Positions 11,595-24,820 of a stretch of DNA of 64,000 nucleotides are shown piece after piece. This DNA is from Eledone cirrhosa. Taxonomy: Eukaryota. Every line of letters begins with the position of its first letter. Position 1 is the first letter of the stretch. The notes beneath the pieces are model-generated. The model was not told where the DNA came from and searched no databases. It saw only the letters and a program-made list of their open reading frames with translations. The stretch is from the NCBI GenBank assembly GCA_964016885.1, contig OZ024740.1, forward strand, positions 314,588,001 to 314,652,000. The letters run 5' to 3'. The position numbers were made by a program, and so were the translations under genes.

Positions 11595-12785
11595 TCATCT
11601 TTTTTATGTTTTTCCATGGTTGGATGGGTCATTCTCAGCACTATCTCTCCATACATCGCAATCTTTTGTCATCTCCTCTGTGAGTCTCAGCAATTTGAGA
11701 TCAGTTCTCACCACCTCTGCCCAGGTCTTCCTTGGCCTTCCTCTACTGTGGCTTCCTTCCACTCGGATTTCTTGGCACTTTTTCATCCAGTGATCACCAT
11801 CCATGCACATCACATGTCCATACTAATGCAGTTTTCTTTCTCTTTAATATTATTTCTGATTCTTCTTATCTCCAGTTATTCTCTAATTCTTATAAGCTCT
11901 GTCATTCTCTCACATTAACATTGCACATTCATCGAAGCATGCTTACCTCATTTTTCTCCAACCTATGCATGTTCTCTACAGTCACTGCCCATGTTTCAGA
12001 ACCATGTAGCATAGCATTTTACACACAAGCGATATATAGCCAACATTTCATTCAAAAAGAGAAACCTTTTGTTATCAATAGTGGGAGTAGTTCCCTAAAT
12101 ATCTTCCATCCTCTCCTTATTCTAGCTACTATGCTCTTGAATCACCTTCTTCCACTACTAATTAAACCACCTAGATAGCAGAAGCTATCAACCACTTCCT
12201 GGAAAAGATTTATATCTTTTGTATTGTTACTATCAACTAACCATGAATGTCTACTTACAAAGTCTTCTTTCCTGTTACTCTACCTGTTGTCCCTCTACAT
12301 CTCTTATGTACATCACATAGAGTTTATGTCTTCTCATTTTTTTATATTGAGCAGGGCTACTTCCCTGATGGAATTAGGGGCCTATCTTTTTTCCTACTTA
12401 CTAGCACTTTAGTTTTAGCTAACAGTACTCTCAGTGCTTTTTGTTCCCACAGTCGGAATTTTGTTCCCACAGTCGGAACTTAATCTCTAGTTCTTTTATG
12501 GATTTAGCTATGAGGACCATATCATCAGCACACAGAAGTTCCCATGGACACACAGTCTTAATCTTCTTTGTTATGGCCTGGAGAATTATAATGAACACCC
12601 ACCTGTACCTTGAATTCCTTACTAAACTCATTTCCTACTCACTTAACTGACAGCTTCTCTGTACATGGTTTGCACTGCTCTCACAAGCCACTCTTCTACT
12701 CCTAGTTTCTTTAGGGACCACCAGATGACAGATCAAGGTACTCTGTCAAAGACCATTTCTTGATCATCAAAAGTTAAATATGGTG
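11595..12785 (-). mobile_element. Degenerate copy of the PHD-bearing RTE LINE
   Basis: CPWELLCADD and GRPRKTWAEVVRTDL homologous to 19412-20719; multiple frameshifts. Confidence 0.9.
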
Positions 12786-12814
12786 GCTTAAACATTACAA
12801 TACAAGAACTAGAA

Positions 12815-14126
12815 TCTCTCTCTATATAAAATTCTTTCTCTCTCTGTCTGTCCCTTATGCATTCTCAAACAGCTCGACTAAATCAAATTTAATTTTACAA
12901 GGTAATAATAGTATTAGACCCTGGCATTGTAATTTTTATTTTCATTTGGATTAAAACTATATAACATTTTATCAAAAATATTCTACTCTAGAACTATAAG
13001 TAAACGGACATTTTATAACACGACGATGACGTCACATTTTGTATATGAGTGTGTATGTGTCTGAGTGCGTGTGTGTTTGCATGTTCAGAGAATTAAACAC
13101 ATACATATACATATGTGATGACAGACAAGTATATGTGTGTGAGAGTGTATGTGTGTGAGTGTATGAGTAAACATACATTTCTGTGATGACTGACATAACG
13201 AAATGCTGTATGAATGTATGTTTGTGTGAGTGTATGTGTGTTTGTTCGACAACAACGTCACATTTTGTATATAAGTCTGTGTGTGTTTGCATGTTCAGAG
13301 AATTAAACACACAAACACATCTACACATACATATACATATGTGATGACTGACAAGTATATGTGTATGTGTGTGTGAGTATACATACATTTCTGTGACGAG
13401 TGACATAACGAAACGCTGTATAAATGTATGTCTGTGTATTTTTGTAAGTTTGTGTGAGTGTATGTGTATCTGTTCATGGGTGAAACTCTATATCTGTGTG
13501 TTTGTATGAATGTATGTCAGTGTGTTTTTTTATAAGTGTATGTTTGTGTGAGTGTATGTTTGTTTCTTCGTTTATATTTATATTCTCATACTGTTAAATT
13601 AGCACTTAATACATTTGCTTATATTTGGTTAATTTACACTGCATACAAAAACAGAGATTAATATATATTTCTTTTGGATGTTGATACTTATTTGTTTACA
13701 GTATTGAAAATAAAATGTCTTTATTCTAAAAATTCCTCTCATACCTACAGAGGTTCCATTTGAATTTAAGAGGCTTCAGTTTCCAGTCAAACTAAGTTTT
13801 GTTATTTCAATTAACAAATCTCAGGGTCAATCCCTCAAGGTAGTTAGACTTGATCTCTCTACTACATGTTTCTCCCATGGTCAACTCTATGCTGGTTGCT
13901 CACGAGTTGGAAGCAGCAACAATTTATTCATTTGGACACCAACAAAAAATTACACAATTAATATTGTTTACCCTGAGGTTGACAGATTTTCATTTGTAAA
14001 TTCTATTATCATTACAATTTTGATATTTTGAAATAATTATGAGAAAAAAATATATCTTCATAGTTATTGTTTACTAATCTGAATAAGAACAGCAGTAACC
14101 AGGGTGACGCTGGGTCATTCAGCTAG
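12815..14126 (+). mobile_element. Internally deleted Helitron retaining the PIF1-helicase C-terminus
   Basis: A|TC 5' end; 13733-13915 encodes IPLIPTEVPFEFKRLQFPVKLSFVISINKSQGQSLKVV.LDL...CFSHGQLY.GCSRV; hairpin plus CTAG|T at 14123-14127; internal TG-rich tandem repeat 13030-13560. Confidence 0.88.
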
Positions 14127-14689
14127 TAATTTATAAAAAAAAGTCAGCTTTCCATGCTGGCATGGATTGAATGGTTGTTACAGCCTGTGCCAATACTTAT
14201 TTGGTGTTACTCCCCTCCCTGATGACTCAAGGACTATGTTTTGCTCATATATTCCACCTTTGGCTGGATACTCTTCCTAACAGCAAACACTTTACAGAGT
14301 ATACCAGATATATTTTATGACACCAGCATTAGAGAGATTGACATGTTCTTGACAAGATTAAAGAGCTTTCTCTGTTCAATTGCTAACTGCTTTTCAGAGT
14401 GTACTAAGTACATTTATCATTGCACCAACACAGTGAGATTGCCTTGTCCCCTGCAAGGTTAATTATGTAGAAACACAACATGATGGGATGGCAGTAGAGT
14501 AGCAGAAAACAGGTTATAAATAGTGACAGAGAGTGTAATAGTGAGAGTAGTAGATGTTAACTAAGAGTCTCATAGGAGAGGTTGACCGATGGTTACTGGT
14601 AGGGGGTGTTGGTATTGGATATGATCATGAGTGATGGATATTCAATTGGCTAGAAGGAGAGAGAGAATATTGGTTAGTGTTATGGGTGT

Positions 14690-14973
14690 CAAGTCAAAGT
14701 CTAAAATCTGTCTCATGCTCGGAGGCTCGTCAGGCAGTTGCTTATTCTGGTTTCTGTGGTAGTGTGAAGCACCTGAGAGTGCAAGACTTCCCCCTGGACA
14801 AGACACCAGTCCATTGCAGTGTTGAGCCCCCAGCTATTGTTGGGACCCATTTTCAGCTGAGTATACTGGAGCAACGTGAAATGAAGTGTTTTGTTCAAAA
14901 ACGCAACACACAACCTAGTGTGGGAATCCAACCCACAACATTATGATTGTGAGTCCAACACCCTTACCACTAG
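14690..14973 (-). mobile_element. tRNA-derived SINE with CORE-like body, tail type 2 (copies at 29651-29940, 46082-46330, 50927-51125)
   Basis: tRNA-like A/B boxes; aaacacttcatttcacgttgctccagtatactcag body; tail ...ctgaYgagYctcc...gagac. Confidence 0.8.
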
Positions 14974-15519
14974 TTATAGGTGGCAGTGTTGAATATAGAC
15001 AGGGCAAATGTCAGCTAAGGTCAGAACATCTAACAAGATGCCAAGCTGCTTGGTTCCCATTTTCCTCTGTGTATCATTTTTACATCTGTTTATAAATAGT
15101 GTCAATATGATGTTTGTGGCAACTGTCATGCACACACACCTATATATAAAGCACATGGTCCTAATGCAATCTTAATCACACAGTCATGCTTGCACCTGAA
15201 AATGATCAATGTTTTCCCTTGTCACAGCTGATGTGGCATCACAAAATTCTATTACCAAGTTGATTTCATGGATAAGTGTAAAAATTATGGATGAGCATTA
15301 AAAACTATGCAAGTATCTTTATAAACTCTGAAGATTAAACTTACACTGTGCTGTCAAAATGTAACTTCATTCAGCTCAACCACTGAATTTCTCACATTGT
15401 GTAAGAACAATGCTGTTCAATTGATCTTACACAATGAATTCTCACTGACCCTCTTGTTTTTGACATTGTATGTAGTTTAGACAAGAAGGTATTCTTTTAG
15501 TATCTCCCACTACTGGAAA

Positions 15520-16102
15520 CTTAAACTGAAGATGTTGAATATTTTCTATATTTCTTCAAAGAATGTTACAGTAATGTGCCAGCTTCAGCATTTTGTAATC
15601 AGAAGGGAAGTAGGTGTAAAAGCCAAACTCACTATCTTCAATTGAGTATTTGTGCCAAATCTTACCTATAGTCATAAATTTTGGGTAATAACCAAAAGAA
15701 TACAATCACAAATACAAGCAGCTGAAATGGGGTCCCTTCAAAGGGTCTTTGGAGTAATGTTACTCAATAGAGTACATAGCTTGGAGATCAGAGAGTCACT
15801 CCAAGTAGAGCTGCTATTTTTCTGAATTGAGGGATCACAACTACGTTACTATGGGCATGGGGTTAGAATGTCTCAGGAAAGAATTGCTAGACAGATTTTA
15901 CGGGCAAAACCAACTGGTAGGAAACCCAGGGGTAGATCCTGAGCAAAAGTTTGGATAACAACCATGAACTCGGTTGGTCTCTCTTAGGGATCCAGCTGGA
16001 TCAGTTGGAAATGGTTGCTTCTGACAGTACCAGCTGGAAAGAGTGTTTGAGGACCCTTCCCTCATGGCTTTCCCTGAAATAAGTAAGTGAAGAAGAAGAA
16101 TG
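15520..16102 (+). mobile_element. Degenerate RTE (Expander-like) LINE 3' fragment
   Basis: Homologous to 1035-1680; ends in a gaagaagaagaa tail. Confidence 0.75.
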
Positions 16103-16109
16103 TTACAGT

Positions 16110-16740
16110 TTCTTTGCAAGTTTTAGCTTATGATTTGCACAAATGGAGACAATGCAGTTTTAAGAGGACTACTACCATGCTGGAGCAATTGTCATATGTT
16201 TGATCCACAATCTTCAAAATCTACATTGAGATTAACTAAGACTAATATTTTCTTTGCAATTTCTTTACCTGTCATTATGCAGAATTCATAAAAAACAACA
16301 AAGCATTTTTCAATTGAAAAACTGGTATCTTTCTTTCCTCTTCTCATATCTGATTATGATTGATAACTGTTCTTTGGAAGTATATTGAGGCATACAATAA
16401 ACATCAATGATGCTCCCATAGATTTCAGTGAATTTATTCTGAATATTATTTCTTAGAAAATGTACTTGGAGTCTTGTTTTCATTCTCCTGTGCATTCTGT
16501 ACATGTGTAATTTGGTTAGATAATAAATGACCATATTTATAGAGGAGCTCATAATGCCAATTTATTCAGAAGAACCATAGAAAGCAGGATCTCTCTCTCC
16601 GACAAAAACAGGATAATATCAAGAATGTAATAAAGAATTTTCTTCATCTGGTCAACAATATAATTGAGAATTGATGTTAAAGCAGCACTGATTTTCTTTC
16701 CAGTCATGCAGCACTCAGCATCAAACCTATCGAGTGCAAG
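16110..16740 (-). pseudogene. hAT-family transposase remnant (further fragments at about 15190-15520, 20750-20950, 29350-29620, 51590-51850, 55380-55620)
   Basis: Minus-strand IIDV...SKEQLSIIIRY and ILDIILFLSER motifs typical of hAT/ZMYM1-like transposases; heavily disrupted. Confidence 0.6.
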
Positions 16741-17553
16741 TCGGTAAACCCTGATCAAGATAGCTGGATAACATCTAGCAGCTTGGCTGGTCACACCTGG
16801 GGAACCAGCTGGATCAGTTGGAGATGGTTGATTCTGACAGGACCTGCTGGGAGGAGTATTTAAGGACTCTGCCTCCACAACCCTCTCAGGAATAAGTGGG
16901 CGAAGAAGAAGGTATTAAAGCAAGACACAGTCACCTGATCTGACTTGCCTCAAATGGGACAACCTGTCTAACCCATGCTAGCAAGGAAAATGGATGTTAA
17001 ATGATGATGATGAATCATTGTTAAAAATATATGAAAGTAATGTTAAAAAAAATATTAGAATTTATTAATTTTAGACCGAGCCAACGGGTCCTTTAGTAAA
17101 TCTCCTTAAAATGTGTAGGCCTGGGCCAGTTGGCTCTATTGTCACCAATTTATTTGGTCTGGCATGTATGGATGGCATGGTGCTAGACTGGAGCTAAAAG
17201 AAACACCAGTCAACTGTTGACATAAATCAACTCACAAACACAGTGATCTCTTGTTTATAGCTGTGGAGTTTCTTTTGTTAACTTCTACCACTACTACAAC
17301 AGCCTCTGCTCTATTTAATTTATGAATCTCCTCATTACTTCATCTCCCACATCTTGGACTTTACACACTTCACTCATGACTGAATAATCTGGAACTCACT
17401 TTCCAACCATGCTTTTCCTGTAAACATTGACATACAAATGTTCAAGCTGAGCATCAACTGCATCAATTTCACCAGTCCTAATGCTGCCTTTCCTCTTCTG
17501 ATGAACATGATGTTAATAATACATTAATATAATATCAATTGATAAAGAGTGCT

Positions 17554-17800
17554 CAGTCCACACTGTAAAGAGGTTGTCTTGGTGCCATGATAAAAAGTGC
17601 CCAGTCTACTCTGTAAAGTGGTTGTCTTGGTGCCACAATAAAAAGCACTAAGTCCACACTGTAAAGTGATTGTTTTGGTGGCACAACAAAAAGTGACCAG
17701 TCCACTCTGTAAAGTGGTTGTCTTGGTGCCATGATAAAAAGTGCCCAGTCCACACTGTAAGGTGGTTGTCTCTATGCTATGATAAAAAGCACCCAGTCCT
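17554..17800 (+). repeat. 48-bp SINE-derived minisatellite (about 5 units)
   Basis: Tandem cagtccacactgtaaagtggttgtcttggtgccatgataaaaagtgcc. Confidence 0.9.
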
Positions 17801-17837
17801 TATCTCAATAGTAAGTCCATCTATTTTGAAGTTATAT

Positions 17838-20742
17838 AGCTATAAGCTATTCTGGGTAGGTAAGGATGATGGGTTAGGGGGAGTAGGCATTTTCCTGGCT
17901 GAGAAATGGATCAATAAGACAATAGAGGTAGTTCGAGTTAGTAATCGAATAATTAAGCTTAGATTAGTTGTAGGTAGGAGACTACTGACAATCATCTCGG
18001 TCTATGCTCCCCAAGCAGGCCTAGGCAAAGATGAGAAAGACTGCTTTTATGAGCAACTTTTGCAAACAACCACAATGACAGAGGACGGAGACATCGTTAT
18101 GCTAGCAGGAGACTTCAATGGTCATGTTGGACAGCTCCAGGATGGTTACACTGGGGTACATGGTGGGCATGGTTACGGTTCAAGAAATGAAGAAGGAGTG
18201 AGACTTCTTGAATTTTGTGATGCAAGTACATTGACTATTTGCAACACAAACTTCCAGAAACCTGCCAATCACCTAATAACCTACAAATCTGGTGAGCACA
18301 TAAGCCAGATTGACTTCCTGCTAGTTAGGCAGCGGGACAGGCAGATAGTGTCTAATACCAAGGCATACCTTGGGGAAGAATGTACCCCACAGCATAGGTT
18401 AGTTGTTAGTGATATCTCAGTAAGCAAGAGATGGAATGAGCCATATAGGAAGGTGTGGAGAAGAAAGGTCTGGAAGCTAAAAGACCTTTCACTAAAATTC
18501 AAATTTAGGAAAGCCCTTCAAGATGTATATGACGAAAAAGAAGACGATTTAGAGACGTATGACATAGATAATAACTGGAAGTTCTTACGTGACAACTTGC
18601 TGAAGGCTACTGATGAAACTTGTGGCTGGAGCAGAGCCCCAACCAGACAGAGAGTGACCTGGTGGTGGAACAGCAGTGTAGATAAGGCTATTAGAGACAA
18701 AAGACTAGCATGGAAGGCTTGGAATAAGGGTGGGAGTAGGGAAGAATATACAGCCACTAAGAGAGAAGCTAGACGTCAGGTGTACTTAGCACGCAGGGAG
18801 GCAGAGAGTAGGAGGTTTGCCAATGTTCTGCGACGGGAAGATCAGAGGCGTGCGGTGTTCCACATTGCAAGGCAGTGTGTCAATGCAAATCAGGATGTTG
18901 TTGGTGATAAATGTGTCCGGGATGATGCCGGTGTACTTAGTATCACGAATGACCAGAAAAAGGAGGCCTGGAAATGTCATTATGAGAGACTGATGAATGT
19001 GGAGAACGAATGGGAGAGAGAGAAATTACCCTTGGTAGATCCGACAGAGGGACCAGCTATTGAGATTGACGAATATAGGGTCCAAGAGGCGATTAGGGAA
19101 ATGAAAAATGGTAAGGCCGCCGGACCATCGGGAATAGTTGCTGAGATGCTGAAGGCATCAAGGGACGTAGGCACTAAACTGGTTGCACGCATAATCAATC
19201 AGGCTATATATGGTGGTGTCATACCCAAAGACTGGTGCAGCAGTATTCTCATAAATTGCTACAAAGGTAAAGGGGATGCTTTGGAGAGGAGCAATTATAG
19301 GGGTATAACACTGATAGATCAGGTTATGAAAGTGGCAGAAAGGATTTTAGCACAACTAATTAGAGAAAGGGTCAAACTAGATGAGATGCAGTTTGGTTTT
19401 GTGCCCTCTTCTTGGTGAGACAAATGCAAGAGAGGTTCTTAGAGAAGAATAAGCCACTATACTTGGCCTTTGTTGACCTAGAGAAGGCCTTTGATAGGGT
19501 ACCCCGATCTGTCATCTGGTGGTCCCTAAGGAAGCTGGGTGTTGAGGAATGGCTTGTAAGGACAGTGCAAACTTTGTACAGAGGTACTCTCAGTAAAGTC
19601 AGGGTAGGAATGGAGTTTAGTGAGGAATTCCAGATACAAGTAGGAGTACATCAGGGTTCGGTCCTCAGCCCGCTCTTGTTCATTATAGTCCTCCAAGCCA
19701 TAACAGAGGAGTTTAAGACTGGCTGTCCATGGGAACTTCTCTATGCTGACGATCTGGCTCTTATGGCAGAATCAGTAGAGGAGCTAGAGAATAAATTCCG
19801 GCTATGGAAACAGCAGTTGGAAGCAAGAGGACTGAGAGTAAATCTAGCTAAGACAAAAGTGTTGATGAGTAGAAAAGAGGACAAAACCCTGATTCCGTCA
19901 GGGAAATGGCCATGTTCGATATGCAGAAAAGGAACTGGCATAAATTCTATAAAATGCACACAATGTAGGTCCTGGGTACACAAGAGATGTAGCGGGATAG
20001 CAGGCAAACTAACAGGTAGGGAGAAATATGTATGCAGTAGATGTACAGGGAAATTAGACAGTAGAAGTCGCACTGATAGACACATTTTTCAAATGCGAGA
20101 GGGCGCTATAGAAGTGGTGGATAGCTTCCGGTACCTAGGAGATCAGATTAGCATGGGAGGAGGGTGTTCCGAGGCCATAGTATCTAGAATAAGGACGGGT
20201 TGGAAGAAGTTTAGGGAGCTGCTTCCTCTGTTGACGAAGAAGGGTTTCTCCCTGCGTACGAAAGGCCGGTTGTATGATGCCTGTGTGAGGAGCGCGATGC
20301 TGCATGGTAGTGAGACATGGGCAGCTACCGCAGAAGATATGCGACGGCTGGAGAGAAATGAGGCAAGCATGCTCCGTTGGATGTGCAGTGTAAATGTGCG
20401 TGAACGACCCAGCATAAATGTGTTGAGAGAGAAACTGTGTCTGAGAGGGATAGAATGTAGTGTACGGGAGAGGAGACTGAGGTGGTATGGACATGTGATG
20501 CGCATGGAGGATGACCGATGGGTGAAGAAGTGCCAGGAAATGCCAGTTGAAGGAAGACGTAGTAGAGGTAGACCACGAAAAACATGGGCGGAGGTGGTGA
20601 GAACAGACCTCAGATCATTGAAGCTCACGGTGGAGATGACGAGGGACCATGACGAGTGGAGAGATGCTGTGCTGAATAAGACCCGTCCCACCCTTGCAAG
20701 CAGGGAAAAGCGGACGTAAAATGATGATGATGATGATGATGA
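17838..20742 (+). mobile_element. RTE-clade LINE, 5'-truncated, APE endonuclease plus reverse transcriptase with an inserted PHD-type finger; one frameshift near 19406
   Basis: APE motifs AGDFNGHVG, SQIDFLL, PQHRLV; RT motifs NYRGITL, AFVDLEKAFD, GVHQGSVLSPLLF, LLYADDL, FRYLG; stop at 20717-20719 followed directly by an (ATG)n tail. Confidence 0.97.
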
Positions 20743-22170
20743 TATGGGTGGTATAATATTGCCAGTGTAAGAAACATCTGTTGTATAAAATTGAAGAATA
20801 ACTTGCAAGCCTTGCAGTACCAAATTCTAATTTTCTCATAAGAAAGCTACCAACAACAAACTAGATATCATATTCAATGAAATGATTACTTCTCATCTGC
20901 TTAAAATGTACTTGGAGACTTGTTTTCATTCTCCTGTGCATCCTGTACTCAAGATAAGCTTGTAATTCTAAAAATGATGAAAATGATTGGTAAAATTATC
21001 TTTGAATCTCAAGCTGGTTCACACATCTTAAATACTTTAATTAGCAATTCTTTTACTTCCTTACATCTGTAATTAAATGAAATCTTAGTTGTTATATTCA
21101 AGTTAGTTTTATTATGACCAGTCTTTTCAACTGTTCTCATCTATCCTAAGACACAATAATAGTTATCTTTATAAAACTTTGGTGAAATTTAGATGATTAC
21201 TTTTGATATCAACTAAACTTTTGGACAATGTGTGCCATACAAACTTAACCCCTACTTTAGTTTACAAAATCTTAACTAGTTATATAATCAAAACATCAGT
21301 TTTATATGTATTTGAGCTGGTGCCAAATAAAACTTGGCAGAGTTCTTAAATCCATATTGACATGGAAAAATAAATATTGAAATATTTATAATGAGGAAGA
21401 TGATGATAATGATGATGACACAGCGGATTAATCTGGTGTATTTTGGTAGCCATACGCCTTGGTTTTAGAACCATATTTGGCAATCTTTTGACATTAGGTA
21501 ATTTTGAGAAGAGCAAGCAATACAAGAAGCATAATAGCTTTTCTTTATTTTGAAGAGAAGAAAACTGAAATTGGTGTGGGATGATAATAGTAGTAGTGTT
21601 AATAATAATAGTAATAGTAGTAGTAGTGTTAATAATAATAATAATAGTAATTATAGTCTCAGACGAAAGGAAAGGAAGCAGCAGGTGATAAAATATGAAA
21701 CTAAGATGTAAGTTGGTGTGTTTTTATATTGAATTATCAATCATCATAGATAATTGTTATTAGGTTTTCACAGATGGTGCCAAATATTGATCTTTTTCTA
21801 AATTAAATCTATTAATGTTACATTACTTTCTGTTGTTCTGTAATAAAGCAGCGGACCACATACTGTTTTGTGGCAGATTTAGTACTTGCTATTGTTCTTT
21901 ACTTAGCCTCAACATCTCCACCATTAAACCAATACCATATTTGGCAGCACATACATATACATACATACACATGCACATGAACATATACATATACACATGC
22001 ACATATTCACATGCACCACTATCATCATCATTTTCATATATAAATCTTGCTCCATATGCATTACATGTATGAATATGGAACTTTGTCAAACAGTTCTCCA
22101 ATCAGCATGTTATATTTACGTTTATGTTCTCATAGGATGGTTGATATCTGAATTTATGCTCTTATGATGA

Positions 22171-22296
22171 TATCATCATTACCACCACCACAATCACCAC
22201 CACCACCACCACCACCATCATCACCACAACCACCATCATCACCACAACCACCATCATCACCATCACAACCATCACCACCACCATCATCAACATCAT
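22171..22296 (+). repeat. (CAC/CAT)n microsatellite
   Basis: Direct inspection. Confidence 0.9.
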
Positions 22297-22776
22297 ATTC
22301 TCTCTCATCAAACCAACATCAACCTTAACAACAGTTTGAACACTATATATTATTAGATTCTACACCCGCTATTATTCCCTTCTTAGTTTCATCATCGATA
22401 TTCATGCTCTTCACTTCTAGCTTTATTTATATATTTCTTTCTTTTTTTCTTAATCCAATACTAAGTTTTCTATTTTCCCTATTAAAGAGTTACAGCTGGC
22501 AAAGTTAACCACTGAAAGGTTGACATCTCTCTCCCACATTAGGCTGTTTCTTTAGTAACTAATTAACCTCCCCTCACATTTATTCTTTAACCCTTTAGCA
22601 TTCACATTACTCTATATATACTATTATATTTGCATACTACTTGTCAAGTCAATAAGATAGTTTGATGAGTTGTTGTGAGGATGGTCCAGTCTAATATTGT
22701 AAAGTTTCTGAATAATTAATTGTGAGAGAGAGAGAGTATATATAAAAAACAGGTGGGGTGTGTGACTAATCCACAC

Positions 22777-23040
22777 ATCATCATCATTTTATGTCTGCTT
22801 TTCCCTGCTTGCAAGAGTGGGACGGGTCCTATTCAGCATCTCTCCATTCGTCATGGTCCTTTGTCATCTCCGTGAGCTTCAGCGATCTGAGGTCAGCTCT
22901 CACCACCTCCACCCATGTTTTTTGTGGTCTTCCTCAACTGCATCTTCCTTTTACTAGGGTTTCTTGGCACTTCTTTACCCAGCGGTCATCCTCCATGCGT
23001 ATCACATGTCCATACCAACACAATCTTCTTTCCCGCACAC
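22777..23040 (-). mobile_element. 3' fragment of the RTE LINE family at 17838
   Basis: Reverse complement closely matches 20460-20730, including the (GAT)n tail. Confidence 0.88.
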
Positions 23041-23748
23041 AAATATAAACACATATAACAAATACAATTAACCATTGCTAGGAACCTCACAAATACAACG
23101 TACCAAAATATATGACCAGAGTGAGAGAAAGAAAGAAAAGAAAAAAGGGGGAAGCAAAAACAAAAATGAAAACGACCATCAATCCACCACCAGGTGTAAC
23201 AACCGGCCACACATCACATCACAAGGTTCAACAGAAATATTTTGAGGCAAGCCAATACACTAGCAGCATTACCACATGTGATGGCGAGGCTAAGGCACTG
23301 AAACAACCAGGCACCCTCACTGGCATCAGCTGACACCTCCGTAAGGTGAGCTGCCAACAATGACAAGAACAAACAAAATAGAAAGAGAAAGAAAAGAAAA
23401 AAACTTATAGAAAAATATCATGTTCTCTAATATGTTGTTCGCTTCTTGGTCTGTTATTATTTGCTTTTCTCTAGCATAATCTCAATCATCTCGCTTTTAT
23501 TTTCATTTTCTAACTTGTGTACAACAATTATATGGTCAACCAATAAGAACCTTTTGCTCCAAATATATTATCCAATCAAATCACACATCTAATTATTCAA
23601 ACATTTCTACACATTGTCTCTTTTAAATATCTGTCTTATGTTACATTCTTCATTATTGTCTGGAAATCAGGAACAAATAACTTGGAGAAACATTGTGAAG
23701 TTTTAGCTTCAACAAAATATAATGTTGCACTCTATGTTTAGTAACAAA

Positions 23749-24097
23749 TACAGTGGAACCTCAGTTCAGGAACTTAATTTGTTCCTGGAGGCTATTTGTC
23801 ACCTGAAATGTTTGTAAACCAAAACTATTTCCCCCATATGAAATGTTGAGAGAGAAATACAGTGAGAGAGAGAGAGACTGTGTGTGAAAGATAGATAGAT
23901 ATCACAATAGTAACTAATTACACAGTAAGTGATGCTTTCCCAACGATACTCCCAGCTTGTCGCCAACCATTGTTGCCAGCTTGCATATTCATTATTTCAG
24001 ACATTGTTTGTCATCAGAGGTGTTTTATGTTCAGAAAAAATTGTTTGTGAACTGATTTGTTTGTGATGAGAGGCGTTCGTGAATCCAGGTTCCCCGT
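23749..24097. mobile_element. pogo/Tigger-like MITE (related partial copy at about 60820-61020)
   Basis: TA|CAGTGGAACCTCAGTTC terminus and inverted gttcgtgaatccaggttcc end. Confidence 0.6.
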
Positions 24098-24439
24098 TTT
24101 ATATATATTGCTCACCCCTTTTTAAAGTTGATTCCTGTACAAAGATGGCTAGATTCTAGCTGAATATGAAATGGTACCAGGTGATTTTTTTTTCTACCCA
24201 AAAAATCTCAATTCCATATGAAAGTCATTAATTAGATTCTTTAATCAAGAAAATAAATGACTTCATTAGAAGAATAAGTCAGTATGGTTATTTTTTTCAA
24301 CAGATGTACATTACAGAGCAATGCACATAATGAACTTGGTTTTAAATCATGAAAGTCCCTACACTAAATGAAGATCTTGTGCCATTTGAAACACATTGCT
24401 TCAGTGTGGTAAAGAGAGTTAGATTCAGAAAAGACTACA

Positions 24440-24820
24440 ACAGTGTTTAAGGCTCTTTTAACATCTATTTTTGATTTCCATGTGTCTAACACACGTGGAC
24501 ATGCACACAAAGTCAGAAAACAGCACAGTTCCCATGACTTTCTGAAACATTTTTTCACGCTCAGAGTTGCTGAAGCATGGAACAAACTACCTGCATCAGT
24601 TGTTAGCTGTCGAGACACTGCATCCTTTAAGGCCTCCATGCTTCCCAAGATTTATCAACACTACAGCTAATGTTCCCCCTCCATACATATACACATGTAT
24701 ACCATGACTCATCCACTTCCCTGACATTTGTGTATTATTCTATGTACTATACATACACCTTTGACGAGTTGTAGTGCACCTGAGCACTTTACACACAATA
24801 ATTTCATTTTCATTATTTAA
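24440..24820 (+). mobile_element. CR1-clade LINE 3' fragment
   Basis: NTRGHAHKV...HFFTLRVAEAWNKLP.SVV, the canonical CR1 C-terminus. Confidence 0.85.

Noticed and set aside
13032-13477. His/Thr-rich ORFs (also 36761-37353, 21815-22101, 31638-31928)
   Set aside because: Translations of (CA/TG/TA)n low-complexity repeats
17718-17837. N-terminal extension of the 566-aa LINE ORF
   Set aside because: Translates the upstream minisatellite and flank; LINE homology starts near YKLFWVG, so the element is 5'-truncated
17820-20760. Target-site duplication for the RTE LINE
   Set aside because: No convincing direct repeat between the 5' flank (gaagttatatag) and 3' flank (atgggtggtataat)
20143-20823. 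226-aa antisense ORF and other ORFs overlapping the LINE
   Set aside because: Shadow ORFs of the RT coding strand with no independent motifs
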